From: Opitutales bacterium
GTDB lineage: Bacteria; Verrucomicrobiota; Verrucomicrobiia; Opitutales; UBA2987
NCBI GenBank assembly: GCA_965226885.1
Contig: CBDDEL010000016.1
Coordinates: 96,001-160,000 of the forward strand
DNA: 64,000 nt
Direction of reading: 5' to 3'
The notes beneath the pieces were generated by a model. It had not been told where the DNA came from and did not search any database. It was given only the letters and a program-made list of their open reading frames with translations. Each line of letters opens with the position of its first letter. Position 1 is the stretch's first letter. Positions 8,868-19,106 of the stretch are shown piece after piece. The translations under genes were made by a program, and so were the position numbers.

Positions 8868-11429
8868 TTAATTGTTCGGTAATTCCTCCAGAAACCGCCT
8901 CATCTGGCTGCCCGGCAGGTAACCACGAGCCGGATATAACCAAACCTGCGCTATTTTTAGCAATAAATTTTGTTCGTAAAGAAAGAAATCTCCCGGAATG
9001 GGTCCATCTAAGTTTTGGTTCATTAATCCAAAAGCAAGACGTTGATTCCGGTAAATGTTAAGGGGCAGCAGAAAATCGTCCTGAGATTCTAAAAGCAGTT
9101 GGGGGAAGGATTTCTCCGGTTGCCGAAGGTAATTGAGTAGGGAATTTCCCTCAGCCTCACTCAAGGGTTCGCCCATCGCCCTGAGTTTCGCCGCTTCTAA
9201 CCAACGGGACCCTTTTTCAGGTTCTTTCCACGCCTTATAAGCCAGTAGAATGGGTGCGGAGAATGCCCGCTTTTTCCAATAATTTTTATCTTCTGTCTCT
9301 TCGCCCTCAAGCAATGAACCAAAAAATCGTGTTTGCGCATAGGGGCCGGAAGCGAATGCCCCAAAATCAAATGACTCGCCCCACCACCATTGGGTGAGCG
9401 CTTCCGCTTCACTTAAGCTTTGCCGGTTTTTCGCACTCAAATTACCCTGCCTGTCGACGGTTGAATAGTATTCCCATAACCTGGTTTTCACTCCCGGAAG
9501 AACGGCAGAAAAATTAGGCGCTTTCCATAAAATAAGGGTGGCAAATTGAGGCTGGGACAAACACTCGAGGGCCAATGCGTTAAGGGCGGCATCGGCCAGG
9601 CCTGTTTTTTTCAGAGCCAAAGCTAAACCAAAATAAACCCCGCGTTTCCCCGGATTGATTTCTGCGGCCCTGCGAAAATGATAAGCCGACCGCTCGGGAT
9701 CGGAGTCCAGGTTCAGCCATCCCAGATTGTAATGGCAAAACTCCTGAACCTCATAAAGCGCCAGGGAACTCTCCCAAAATCCGTAAGCCCTATCGAAGAA
9801 GATTTTTTCCAGCAGCAAAAACTGGCCCCGGTGTCGGGCTTCGGCCGCTAGCCAACCCAGGTAATTGTAAAAATAAGGCTCACTCGACGACCATTTTTCA
9901 GTCTCGTCGATAGAGGTGAGAAAGGCCTGACCGTCATTGTTCTGAAATGCCACTAGGGCGGCCCGTACGCCGCTGCGGGCTTGAAAAAGGCTGTATTGTT
10001 TCCACCCGAAAGCGGCGCAGAGGACAATCAGAGCAAGGCCGGTTCCAATCCTGACGGTTTTTCTGATTTTAATAGATCCCAAATTCTCTTTCTCGGTTAA
10101 TTCATTTAGCCTCAAAGCCGAAAACAGGCCGCCGTAAATGGCCAGCATTCCGGAGATAAAATAAATATCGAGTTGGGAATCAGTGAGTGAAAACAGCAAA
10201 TAAGCTCCAACCCCGAGACCTGTTCCATGAAGGACCAGAAGCCGGTTTTTATTTCTTTGCCATTCCCCTTCAGCATGATTGAAACTGAGCCGCCGCCAGG
10301 AATGAAAAAACGCAAATAATAGCCCGGCCGCGGCGAGGAGGCCCAGCGCCCCGAGATCGACCCATATTTGAAGAGGCGCGCAATGAAGCTGATAGGCATT
10401 GGAGAGATTTCCAGAACCATCCCAAAAAGCCGGATAATAAATGGACGTCGTTCCCGGGCCATTCCCCAAAAACGGATGCTCCATGCCCATTTTTAATCCA
10501 GTGGCAAGCAGGTTCAAGCGCGTATGATCGCCAACTTCAAATCCTTTTCCGCTGACAAAATGACCGATGGTGGTTCGCAACCGTGGTTGGGAAAAAACCA
10601 GTATAACCACCAGAATGATGGCTCCGGCCATTCCCAATTTGAACCGGCATCGGGTTTTTGCCTTTCCTTTTAAATAAAAAATGGCGCCACCCAACAAGGC
10701 GACCGCCGCCCCGCCCGTTCCAGCACGGCTACCGCTGCTCAACAAAGCAACCAGCCCCAAGATGGAAACCACCCTCCAGAACCACCGTCTTGGCCCGTCA
10801 ATGACAAGGCTCAGCGAAACAACCAAAGGCAGGGTCAGAAGGGAGTACCCGGCCGTATAGTTGGGGTGGCCAAATGGGTGGTTATTAGGTTCATTCAGTA
10901 AACTGACACTTTTGAATGAATACCCGGCCAGGGCATTAATACTGGATATAATTTCGCTTTCCGGACCCCAAAAGGTGGTTGCAACCCAAAGACTGAGGCT
11001 TCGAAAATAAAGCAAAAATGCAACAACACCCATCCCCTGAAAAAGGTTGAAGGCCAGCTTTTCCGGCCGCTCCGAATTTCGCACAAGGCAATGCGTCGTA
11101 TAACCGAGGCAGAGAGCTGAAACTGGAACTATCAAATTCAAAGCAACCCGGTCGGAAAATTCGGTTAAAAAGCAGGATGAGCCAAAAGCTACCATCAATA
11201 GAAGAACTGCCGGGCTGAAACCGTTAAACCGGATCATTTTTCCATCTCGACTATTAACGAGACAGAGCAAAGCCGTCAGCATCGACAGCACCAGCGCGAA
11301 TTGATAAACACCGGTCCAGGGCCAACGGTAGAGATTGACAGCCCCATCGGCGGGCATGGCCAACAGGGCGAATACCAACAAATTAAGAAGATAAAGGATT
11401 CTGAAAAAAGAACTCCTGGCAAAAACCAT
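8868..11429 (-). CDS. O-antigen ligase (Wzy_C)-family protein with C-terminal TPR-like region
   Basis: PFGHPNYTAGY, SGSRAG, HPFLGNGPGT and LHCAPLQIWVDLGALG motifs; TPR-like HYNLGWL...YFGLALAL. Confidence 0.8.
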   Translation of the reverse strand: MVFARSSFFRILYLLNLLVFALLAMPADGAVNLYRWPWTGVYQFALVLSMLTALLCLVNSRDGKMIRFNGFSPAVLLLMVAFGSSCFLTEFSDRVALNLIVPVSALCLGYTTHCLVRNSERPEKLAFNLFQGMGVVAFLLYFRSLSLWVATTFWGPESEIISSINALAGYSFKSVSLLNEPNNHPFGHPNYTAGYSLLTLPLVVSLSLVIDGPRRWFWRVVSILGLVALLSSGSRAGTGGAAVALLGGAIFYLKGKAKTRCRFKLGMAGAIILVVILVFSQPRLRTTIGHFVSGKGFEVGDHTRLNLLATGLKMGMEHPFLGNGPGTTSIYYPAFWDGSGNLSNAYQLHCAPLQIWVDLGALGLLAAAGLLFAFFHSWRRLSFNHAEGEWQRNKNRLLVLHGTGLGVGAYLLFSLTDSQLDIYFISGMLAIYGGLFSALRLNELTEKENLGSIKIRKTVRIGTGLALIVLCAAFGWKQYSLFQARSGVRAALVAFQNNDGQAFLTSIDETEKWSSSEPYFYNYLGWLAAEARHRGQFLLLEKIFFDRAYGFWESSLALYEVQEFCHYNLGWLNLDSDPERSAYHFRRAAEINPGKRGVYFGLALALKKTGLADAALNALALECLSQPQFATLILWKAPNFSAVLPGVKTRLWEYYSTVDRQGNLSAKNRQSLSEAEALTQWWWGESFDFGAFASGPYAQTRFFGSLLEGEETEDKNYWKKRAFSAPILLAYKAWKEPEKGSRWLEAAKLRAMGEPLSEAEGNSLLNYLRQPEKSFPQLLLESQDDFLLPLNIYRNQRLAFGLMNQNLDGPIPGDFFLYEQNLLLKIAQVWLYPARGYLPGSQMRRFLEELPNN

Positions 11430-11576
11430 TGATCGCTCCTGTGGGGCCGGGACAAACCCGAACCGGTTCGCCTCAAGACGGTTGCAATTGTCGCATCGTG
11501 AGGGTCAATGACAAGTGAATTAACACGCCTCATTTTTGAGATTGCACTGCCAAGCCCATAAAATAGCGTTGGCCCA

Positions 11577-13080
11577 ATGTTTTCCGCAGGAAACTCGGGT
11601 CTATTCTCCGTCGACTCGTTGGCCCGCCGGGTCCCGCTGGTCATTCTCATAATGGCGGCGGCGGCATTGTTTTTTCTTCCCTTTCGCATTATCGGGCACG
11701 GTTATGCCCCCATGGACGACGCCCTGGCCATTTCGGCCAAAGTGACTTCCGGCAATTCGTGGAATGATATCCTGGCCATTCGCCCCGAGGTAAACCTGGA
11801 CCGCCATTATCAGCCCGGCTGGCATTTCCTCCTTTCGGCGGGGAAAACAATATTTTCACTGGAAACGGAAGGGGTTCTGCTTTTTTCGGTTGTCCTTATG
11901 TGGTGCCTGGCCGCCGTGGTGCCTGGCCGCCCTTCTGCCACTTTTTTATTTCAAACGGCCGGAGGCGTTTCTGGCTTCATTTTTATTATTCGGCCTGCTG
12001 GATCTCGACTTAATCTATCGGCTGTTGGTGGGCCGCGCATTTGGTTTTACCATCTTTGCCCTGGTCTCCTTTTGGGCGCTCTGGACTCAGGTGGTGGAGC
12101 AAAGGCGGTTAAAAGCATCGCTTGCCGCCATCGGCTTGTTGGCAGCGGGGTCAACATGGGTGCATGGCGCATGGTACCTGCTGGCGCTGCCGGTGGGCGC
12201 TACCTTGTTTTCCGGCAACTGGCGGGCTTCCGCCAGGTTTGCCGGGGCCATCGCAGTGGGAATTTTTGCCGGGGCATTGATTACCTTGCATCCTTTCGAA
12301 CACCTCTGGCATCAGGCCCACAACCTTCTCGGCGTCATTTTCAAAACCGATTCACTGCAAAACCCGGTAGGTGAATTTCAACCCAATCCGGTGCGTATTC
12401 CACTCGTCCTTTTTTTCTCCCTCCACATGCTCATGCGTCTTTTCAACCGGGACTGGAAAGGCGTTCCCCTCAATCATCCGGCATTTCTGCTGGGCCTCAT
12501 CTGCTGGATATTGGGTCTCAAAATAGCCCGCTTCTGGTATGATTGGGGAATGCCCTCGATGGTTTTCTGGTATGCCCTCGAATGGCAAAAAATATTGGAA
12601 ATCCGGGTCCTTCACAACGCCTGGCAAAGGATGCTGTTTTCCCTTTTGCTTTGCCTGGCCTTTTACACCGCCCTGGGCCATAACCAGTTTAATCGCTGGT
12701 CCGTCAACACCACCCTGGATTATTCTTATTTGAAAGAAAGCAATGCCTTCCAAGACTGGCTGCCGGGGGAAAACGGCCTCGTTTACTCCAACAGCATGGG
12801 TGTATTTTTCAATTTTTCACACCTCTTTCCCGATTCTTCCTGGAGATACGTCCTCGGCCTGGAGCCCGCCCACATGAGCAAGGAAAACGTGCAGGTTTTC
12901 CGCGCCTACCGGAAAAATCGCGACCTCCGCGACCTCCGCCCCTGGGCCGACAAGCTGCGCCCCCAGGACCGCCTCATTCTCTTCACCGGGCCCGCCAAAA
13001 CACCCCCGCTGCCCCAACTCAAATGGCAATTCCTCCCCCCCAAATGCTGGATAGGAAAAACACCGGAAAGTCCCAACTAA
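11577..13080 (+). pseudogene. Polytopic membrane protein (possible GT-C glycosyltransferase, about 495 aa), frameshifted by a 16-bp tandem duplication
   Basis: GTGGTGCCTGGCCGCC x2 at 11900-11931; removing one copy joins ORFs 11577 and 11890 as ...LMWCLAALLPLFY...; DD motif in first loop. Confidence 0.85.
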
Positions 13081-13192
13081 TACCAATGGCCGTTATTCGC
13101 TATAATTTTCAAGGATGATAATAACGATTATTAGGCGCTCATGCTTATCGGTTTGATGTGCACTGGAAAAAGTGGACACGAGATTCTCCTAA

Positions 13193-13504
13193 ATGGAGAA
13201 TCGAAGCATGGGAAGAAGACGCTTTAGTATAGAGTTCAAAAATGAGGCAGTTCAACTGATGATACTCGATGGTCTGAGCGCCACCGAGGTATCGACCAAA
13301 CTTGGGGTCAACACCAACCAATTGTATAGGTGGAAGAGGCTCTATCTGGACGATCAGCAGGGCGAAGCCACCTCAAAGCGACAGAGCAGTCCGAAGGAGA
13401 TGGCGGCCGAGATAGATCGTCTTCGCAAAGAGCTGCGCCGCTCGGAGCGGATCAACCAGATACTAAAAAAAACGGTGGGCTACTTTGCCAAGGACGAACA
13501 ATGA
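13193..13504 (+). CDS. IS3 OrfA (HTH transposase subunit)
   Basis: RRFSIEFKNEAV...LGVNTNQLYRW; A8 slippery run at 13465-13472. Confidence 0.9.
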   Translation: MENRSMGRRRFSIEFKNEAVQLMILDGLSATEVSTKLGVNTNQLYRWKRLYLDDQQGEATSKRQSSPKEMAAEIDRLRKELRRSERINQILKKTVGYFAKDEQ

Positions 13505-14418
13505 AGTACCAGTTTGTCAAAGACAACGAGGGGCGCTTCAAGATCGAGGAAATATGCTCGGCGATGGGGATTTGTCGCAGTGGCTATTACTGCTGGAGGC
13601 ACCGAGCGCCCTCGGCCCGGCGGATCGAGGACGAGGGAATCAAGGGGGCGATCCTGAAGGTACACAAAGAGGCCAAGGGCCGCTATGGGCATCGGCCAAT
13701 GCACCGCCATCTGAAGGATGATGAGGGCATCGATTGCGGCCGTGACCGGGCTCTGCGTCTGATGCGTGAAATGGGAATCAAAAGCACCCAGAGTAAACGC
13801 TTTAAGCCATTAAAAACCAACAGTAACCATCCCTATGGTTACAGCCCCAATGTGCTTAAAAAGCATGGCCAGCCGACCCATATCGACGAGGTCTGGGTGG
13901 CGGACACGACCTACCTACGGACCCTGGCCGGTTGGATGTACTTGGCCACGGTGATGGACCTGTTCAGCCGACGCCTGCTGGGCTGGAGCGTTTCCAACCA
14001 CAACGACGCGAAGCTGGTTGGCAAGGCCCTCAAAGCCGCGGCCATGACCCGCGGCACACTGCGCACCGGGATTATTCATCACAGCGATCGGGGCAGCCCC
14101 TACGGCAGCGACGACTATCAGAGGCTGGTCTCTGAACTAGGCATGAAGCCGAGCATGAGCGCCCAAGGCAACTGCTACGACAACGCGGCCATGGAATCGT
14201 TCTACGGCCGCTTCAAGACCAGCACGATTCGAGGCCGCCACTTTGCCGACGAGCGCGAACTGCGATCAACTGTCTTCGAATACGTGGAAATCTTCTACAA
14301 CCGATATCGCAAACATTCCTCTCTGAGTTACCAAAGCCCAGTCCAATTCGAGGAAAATATTTGCCCCCCATGGGGGGCAACGAGAAAACAAAACCCTTTA
14401 CCAAAACAAGCCGCCTGA
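13501..14418 (+). CDS. IS3 OrfB (rve integrase core), -1 frame relative to OrfA
   Basis: WVADTTY, MDLFSRR, HHSDRGSPY, GNCYDNAAMESF. Confidence 0.92.
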   Translation: MKYQFVKDNEGRFKIEEICSAMGICRSGYYCWRHRAPSARRIEDEGIKGAILKVHKEAKGRYGHRPMHRHLKDDEGIDCGRDRALRLMREMGIKSTQSKRFKPLKTNSNHPYGYSPNVLKKHGQPTHIDEVWVADTTYLRTLAGWMYLATVMDLFSRRLLGWSVSNHNDAKLVGKALKAAAMTRGTLRTGIIHHSDRGSPYGSDDYQRLVSELGMKPSMSAQGNCYDNAAMESFYGRFKTSTIRGRHFADERELRSTVFEYVEIFYNRYRKHSSLSYQSPVQFEENICPPWGATRKQNPLPKQAA

Positions 14419-14487
14419 CACACTAATCAATAAACAATGAATATAAGAGAATCCCGTGTCCAACAAATCCAGTACACGTCAGTTTTA

Positions 14488-14512
14488 TAATGTGCACTGG
14501 AAAAAGTGGACA
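14488..14512 (+). repeat. Solo extra copy of the IS3 left inverted repeat
   Basis: TAATGTGCACTGGAAAAAGTGGACA matches IRL at 24/25 positions, 6 bp after IRR. Confidence 0.9.
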
Positions 14513-14592
14513 TCATTTTTGGGATTATATGAACTTGAAACTGGTTGAAATTAAAATTTGCCTTAACAACTTTTAGTTTAAATTAGATTCCC

Positions 14593-15684
14593 ATGAAAAA
14601 TATCCTTGTTGCCATGTCCGGTGGCGTGGACAGCGCCGTGACCGCCCTGCTTTTGCGCAATCAGGGCCTTGCCGTGACCGGCGCTTATATTAGGACATGG
14701 ATAAGCGAGGAAGAGGTGTTTTCCGACTGCCCCTGGCAACGGGAAATTGAGGATGCCCGCACCGTGGCCGAGACCATCGGGATCGATTTCCGCGTCCTTA
14801 ACTTCATCCGGGAGTATCATGAAAAAGTAGTCCACTACATGGTCGAGGGATACCGAAACGGAACCACTCCCAATCCCGATGCCATCTGCAACCGGGAAAT
14901 GAAATTCGGCGTCTTCCTCGATTATGCTCTCAGCCACGGGTATGACGGCGTCGCCACGGGGCATTATTGCAGAATCGCCCACAACACCGGCGGAGGGCCG
15001 GAATTGCTGGAAGGTTTCGATAAAAACAAAGACCAATCCTATTTTCTGGCCCTGGTCCGGCCGGAGCAATTGAAACGCGTCCTTTTCCCCATCGGCGAAT
15101 TAACCAAACCGGAAGTGCGGGAACTGGCCCGCGATGCCCGCCTGCCAAACGCCGAAAAAAAAGACAGCCAGGGCATCTGTTTTTTGGGCAAGGTGCACAT
15201 CGCCGATTTTCTCTCCGGCTACATCGAAGACCAACCCGGAGAAATCGTTAGCGCCCGTGGGCGCGTCCTCGGTCGCCATGGCGGTCTGCACAAATTCACC
15301 CTCGGACAGCGCCGCGGAATCGGAATCCCCTCCAACACCGACCACCAGGCCTACGTTGTGGTGGCCAAAGATTCCGCCAAAAACCGGCTCGTAGTGGAAT
15401 TCGACAAACCCGCCTCCCCCCGCCTCTACACGAACACCTGGATGCTGCAAGACCTCAACTTTCTTCATTCTCCACCGGAAAATGGTTCCACCCTATTGGC
15501 CCGGCCCCGCTACCGTGACCCGGCCACCCCGATTACTTTCAACCGGGATAAAAAAGACTCCGCTACAGCCACGGTGCATTTCCATAAATCCCAGCGGGCC
15601 ATCGCCCACGGCCAGGTCTGCGCCCTCTACCAAGGAGAAAAACTCCTCGGCGGCGGCATCTTCACTGAAACCACAGCGTTTTAA
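14593..15684 (+). CDS. mnmA: tRNA 2-thiouridine(34) synthase
   Basis: AMSGGVDS, TPNPDAICNREMKF, ATGHY, KDQSYFL, KKDSQGICF. Confidence 0.97.
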   Translation: MKNILVAMSGGVDSAVTALLLRNQGLAVTGAYIRTWISEEEVFSDCPWQREIEDARTVAETIGIDFRVLNFIREYHEKVVHYMVEGYRNGTTPNPDAICNREMKFGVFLDYALSHGYDGVATGHYCRIAHNTGGGPELLEGFDKNKDQSYFLALVRPEQLKRVLFPIGELTKPEVRELARDARLPNAEKKDSQGICFLGKVHIADFLSGYIEDQPGEIVSARGRVLGRHGGLHKFTLGQRRGIGIPSNTDHQAYVVVAKDSAKNRLVVEFDKPASPRLYTNTWMLQDLNFLHSPPENGSTLLARPRYRDPATPITFNRDKKDSATATVHFHKSQRAIAHGQVCALYQGEKLLGGGIFTETTAF

Positions 15685-15891
15685 TAGAACCTCTCAAATC
15701 GGAAATCCTGCATTTTATGTCGGCATACCGGCAATTTATGGCGATTACACTTTGAGTCGATGTCCAAACACCAGATACCCGATACTGGATATCGTTTATA
15801 ATCAAATGATTGTGGAACAGATAGAAACTGGCATTGTCCTAGCTATATTACCCACTAAATCCATTGCGACAAACCCAAAAACTGGCAGATA

Positions 15892-16443
15892 ATGAATACA
15901 GATACTTATACAGGCAAAAAAAGCGTTTATTCTTCCAATCCTTTCCACATGGAACGGTCAATGACCACACGCGTTCTTGTATTACTGATCGTTGGAATCG
16001 CCGCTAGCTTAAGTGCGGAGACTCTAACCTCTCCGGTGTTTAGCATCGACGTGGCGACCGATTGGAAACACCGTATTGAGGAACGCGCGCCCGTGTCGGA
16101 TGGATGGGATGATCTGATTAGCATCTATCGGCCAGATGGGGTTGGCATACTGAATATTCAACCCTTCATCGCACCAGGTGACTTCAGTAAGGCCCGCCTG
16201 CGACTCCTGACCAATGTAGAAGCATCAACGCAGCTTACGTGGCATGAAGGGGAAGATTTTTCGGGCTACCAGCACAGTTATACCGAAAACGGATCATTCT
16301 ATAAGCAATGGTGGCTTACGAATGAACGAAAAATACTCTTCATCGTCTACACGTGCGATGCTGACGCGCAGCCAATTGAAATCGAGGTTGAAATCGAAGC
16401 GATAGACAAGATGGTCAACTCAATCAAGCTGAACCGGTCCTGA
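15892..16443 (+). CDS. Hypothetical exported protein (start may be ATG 15961)
   Basis: Signal-peptide-like MTTRVLVLLIVGIAASLSA; no family recognised with confidence. Confidence 0.55.
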   Translation: MNTDTYTGKKSVYSSNPFHMERSMTTRVLVLLIVGIAASLSAETLTSPVFSIDVATDWKHRIEERAPVSDGWDDLISIYRPDGVGILNIQPFIAPGDFSKARLRLLTNVEASTQLTWHEGEDFSGYQHSYTENGSFYKQWWLTNERKILFIVYTCDADAQPIEIEVEIEAIDKMVNSIKLNRS

Positions 16444-16508
16444 CCAAACGGCTTTGAAAGCAACGTCAATCCATACTTTGCTGCCGCCTACAGTACAAAA
16501 ACCGATTT

Positions 16509-16994
16509 TCACACTTTGACCTTTAATCCACCCATTGAGCAGACTATTTCAAAATGCTTTTTGGTCACGTCTTGGATGGAGAGGCGCTGGAATCTTTGCA
16601 CGACCCGCATACCTTCGAGTTCGGGGGTGGCTTTCATTTCCCGCAGGCTGACGTAGGTTTTGAACTTCTTTTTCCATTTGATATCGACGGCATACCATTG
16701 CGGTTTTTCGGACGACGATTTGGGGTCGTAATACTTATGCTTTTTATCGAAAGCCGATGGGTCCGCATAACCCACGCGCACAATTTCAGCCAATCCCGGC
16801 ACACCCGGAGTATCGCAATTGGATTGATAAAAGAGGACCGCATCCCCCAGCTTCATCTCGTCCCGCATAAAATTGCGCGCCTGGTAATTGCGAACCCCTC
16901 TCCACTTACCAATGCTCTTGGGCCTGTCATGCTTCAACTCATAAAAAGAGCAAGCCTCCAATTCGCATTTCATGAGCCAGAATTTTCGCGCCAT
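16509..16994 (-). CDS. EVE domain protein
   Basis: FWLMK, WRGVRNYQARNFMRDEMKLGD, YYDPKS, RLSIQ; native ATG at 16994 abuts the IS target duplication. Confidence 0.9.
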   Translation of the reverse strand: MARKFWLMKCELEACSFYELKHDRPKSIGKWRGVRNYQARNFMRDEMKLGDAVLFYQSNCDTPGVPGLAEIVRVGYADPSAFDKKHKYYDPKSSSEKPQWYAVDIKWKKKFKTYVSLREMKATPELEGMRVVQRFQRLSIQDVTKKHFEIVCSMGGLKVKV

Positions 16995-17198
16995 AGTTAG
17001 AGGCTGTCCCAAAAGGGTGATTTTTGCGAGGGCTTTTGATAGGCGCTCATTTTAGAGGTATTTGCATTTGGGAGAGTATCAACTTTGCTCTCCTATGACG
17101 TTAGGATGCTGGTTTTGGGGTCCGGTTGCCTGGTTTTCTTTGTATGAGCCGACAGTAAGGCTGTGAAAAAGTATTGTCCTTGCTTTTCCGCTCTCTAG

Positions 17199-18765
17199 CC
17201 CGGATATTTCATGAAGGGTAAAGTTTGGCTCGTTATTGCTATTGGAGATGGATTTCTTTGTATTTTGAGCAGATCGTCTTGATTTTTAGGTGTTTTTCAG
17301 GGTGTAGAGACACTGCCCCCTTTCCCCCATTGGTTCGGTAGTGCCGGGGGCAGCACCAATGCACCCTTTAGGTTGGCACCAATCGGCGGGCCGCATGGTT
17401 GAAAAGACTGGCCCAAGGATAACTCTCACTTAGGTGAAAGTGAATCGTTCGGGTGTTGCGCACGATGACCGCTCCGATCTTGATTAATTTGAGCCGCAGG
17501 GTGTGGCATTGGGCCCGCGCCCACTTCGTCCCTTTTAAGGCTAACCGGCGCATGGCTTCCATCAAGGTGTAGGCCAGCGCCGACAAGAGCAATCGCCACT
17601 GATTGGCCCACCATTGATGGGCGCTGGTGCGCTCGCTGAACAATTGCATCTGTTCCTTGATTCGGTTCTCCATTTCACCGCGGCCACAGTATACCTTGTC
17701 GTAAAGCTCCTGGGGATCGCCCGGCAGGTTCGTCACCACGAAGCGCGGGTTGGACCCCTGTGCGGTGTGTTCGGCTTTATGGATGACCAACCGCAGCCAT
17801 CGCCACGAATCGGCAGCATAGACGAAGTCCTGGAATAACCGTTGTTTTTTACCCCTTAGTTCGAACCATTTTTTGGCCTGCTTTTGCAACTGCTGGGCGT
17901 CTTGCTGCAAGCGTGCATTGCGAGCCATCCCCACGATGTAACTAACTTCGTTGCGGTCGCACCAAGAGAGTATCCGGTCTCGACAAAATCCACTGTCGGC
18001 GCGCCAAATAATCCGCGTACGGGGCCAGCTTTGGCGAATCCGTTTAACCAGCAATTTGAGGATGGCCCCGGCATGCTTGCTGGCATCGATCTTGCTCGGC
18101 CGCAGGTAGGCCACCAGCAGCTGATCACCGCAAAAAACATATAGCGGCAGAAAACAGTAATGATCATAATAACCGTGGAAAAAACGTCCCTCCTGGAGCC
18201 CGTGCACCGGATTGTCGGTGGCGTCAAAGTCCAGGATGATCTCTTCGGGTTCCTCGGCAAAGGAGCCCATGAACTGTTCGACCAACAGCTCGTTTACCGC
18301 AAAGGCCGCCCGCCGATCCTGCCCGTTTTCAAAACGACACAAAGTCGGCGCGCTGGCCAACGTTTCAATGCGCCCCGTTACCGTTTGCAACAATGGATCG
18401 TGGCGCAGGGTATCAAAGTCGTTCAAATCCTCATACCCCGCCACCAGCCCGTAAACGCGCTGCCGCAGCATCCCCAAGACCTCATGGCGTACTTTGCCCT
18501 TCTGCCGTTTGTCCACTAACTGTCGGGCCGCTCGTTCGGTCAAGCCCAACTGCCGATCCACTTCCCGGATCAAAAGCAGTCCGGCATCCGAAGTAACCTC
18601 TCCGCCCTTGAAATCAACCCGCACACGGCGGCCTTTTACCCTTGTCAACTGTAGCTTTAATTGTTTACCCTTTGTCATCGCTGATATTGCTTTAATTATT
18701 GATCTATCCTGCTGTATATCAGCAGTTAAGCATATCAACGATACTTTTTTTACGAAATATCCGGG
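17199..18765 (-). mobile_element. IS1380-family insertion sequence, copy 2 (1567 bp)
   Basis: Same IRs and length as copy 1; flanks CTAG / TTAG do not match. Confidence 0.95.
17368..18738 (-). CDS. IS1380-family transposase
   Basis: Near-identical to 1432-2802 (three amino-acid differences noted). Confidence 0.93.
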   Translation of the reverse strand: MICLTADIQQDRSIIKAISAMTKGKQLKLQLTRVKGRRVRVDFKGGEVTSDAGLLLIREVDRQLGLTERAARQLVDKRQKGKVRHEVLGMLRQRVYGLVAGYEDLNDFDTLRHDPLLQTVTGRIETLASAPTLCRFENGQDRRAAFAVNELLVEQFMGSFAEEPEEIILDFDATDNPVHGLQEGRFFHGYYDHYCFLPLYVFCGDQLLVAYLRPSKIDASKHAGAILKLLVKRIRQSWPRTRIIWRADSGFCRDRILSWCDRNEVSYIVGMARNARLQQDAQQLQKQAKKWFELRGKKQRLFQDFVYAADSWRWLRLVIHKAEHTAQGSNPRFVVTNLPGDPQELYDKVYCGRGEMENRIKEQMQLFSERTSAHQWWANQWRLLLSALAYTLMEAMRRLALKGTKWARAQCHTLRLKLIKIGAVIVRNTRTIHFHLSESYPWASLFNHAARRLVPT

Positions 18766-18943
18766 TTAGACCCATTGGCTGCCACCCCTCCAAGGCCAGC
18801 TCAATGGCCTGCGATTCCACCTCCGAGTCGATCAGCAGCCGATCGATTCGATCAATGGTGGCGCGGAAGTTATCGTAATCGAGGCACCGGTCGACCACAG
18901 TTAAAGCTGGACGCAGGAGGCATTGGATGGCTATATTTTTCAT
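18766..18943 (-). pseudogene. N-terminal remnant of IS5/ISNCY-like transposase
   Basis: MKNIAIQCLL...EGWQPMGL matches the start of the 493-aa transposase, then runs into IS1380. Confidence 0.92.
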
Positions 18944-19106
18944 AGAAAGGCTAACTCAATTATAGAACCCTTTTTTGGCCGGATCGAGCAAAAACTTGCT
19001 CTTTCCGGCTCTTTTTATCAACGTCATCCAGTTGACTATAAAATCTTTATATTTTTGGGACAGCCTCTAGTTAATAACCCTTTTTCTTTAAATAGCTGGT
19101 GAACAC

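Larger units (their letters stand above)
13154..14481 (+). mobile_element. IS3-family insertion sequence (1328 bp)
   Basis: 27-bp imperfect IRs TGATGTGCACTGGAAAAAGTGGACACG / TGACGTGTACTGGATTTGTTGGACACG; 3-bp TSD GTT. Confidence 0.93.
17000..19067 (-). mobile_element. IS5/ISNCY-like element, copy A: internally deleted and carrying a nested IS1380
   Basis: IRs GAGGCTGTCCCAAAA at both ends; TSD TAGTTA; only 501 of 1817 bp remain. Confidence 0.92.

Noticed and set aside
12919..12939. 9-bp repeat CGCGACCTC x2 (RDLRDLR); also a near 12-bp repeat around 16376
   Set aside because: In frame and plausibly ordinary coding sequence; not counted in the duplication signature.
16438..16508. attC-like sequence after the hypothetical exported gene
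   Set aside because: No complementary GTTRRRY core, no clear hairpin, no second site and no integrase.
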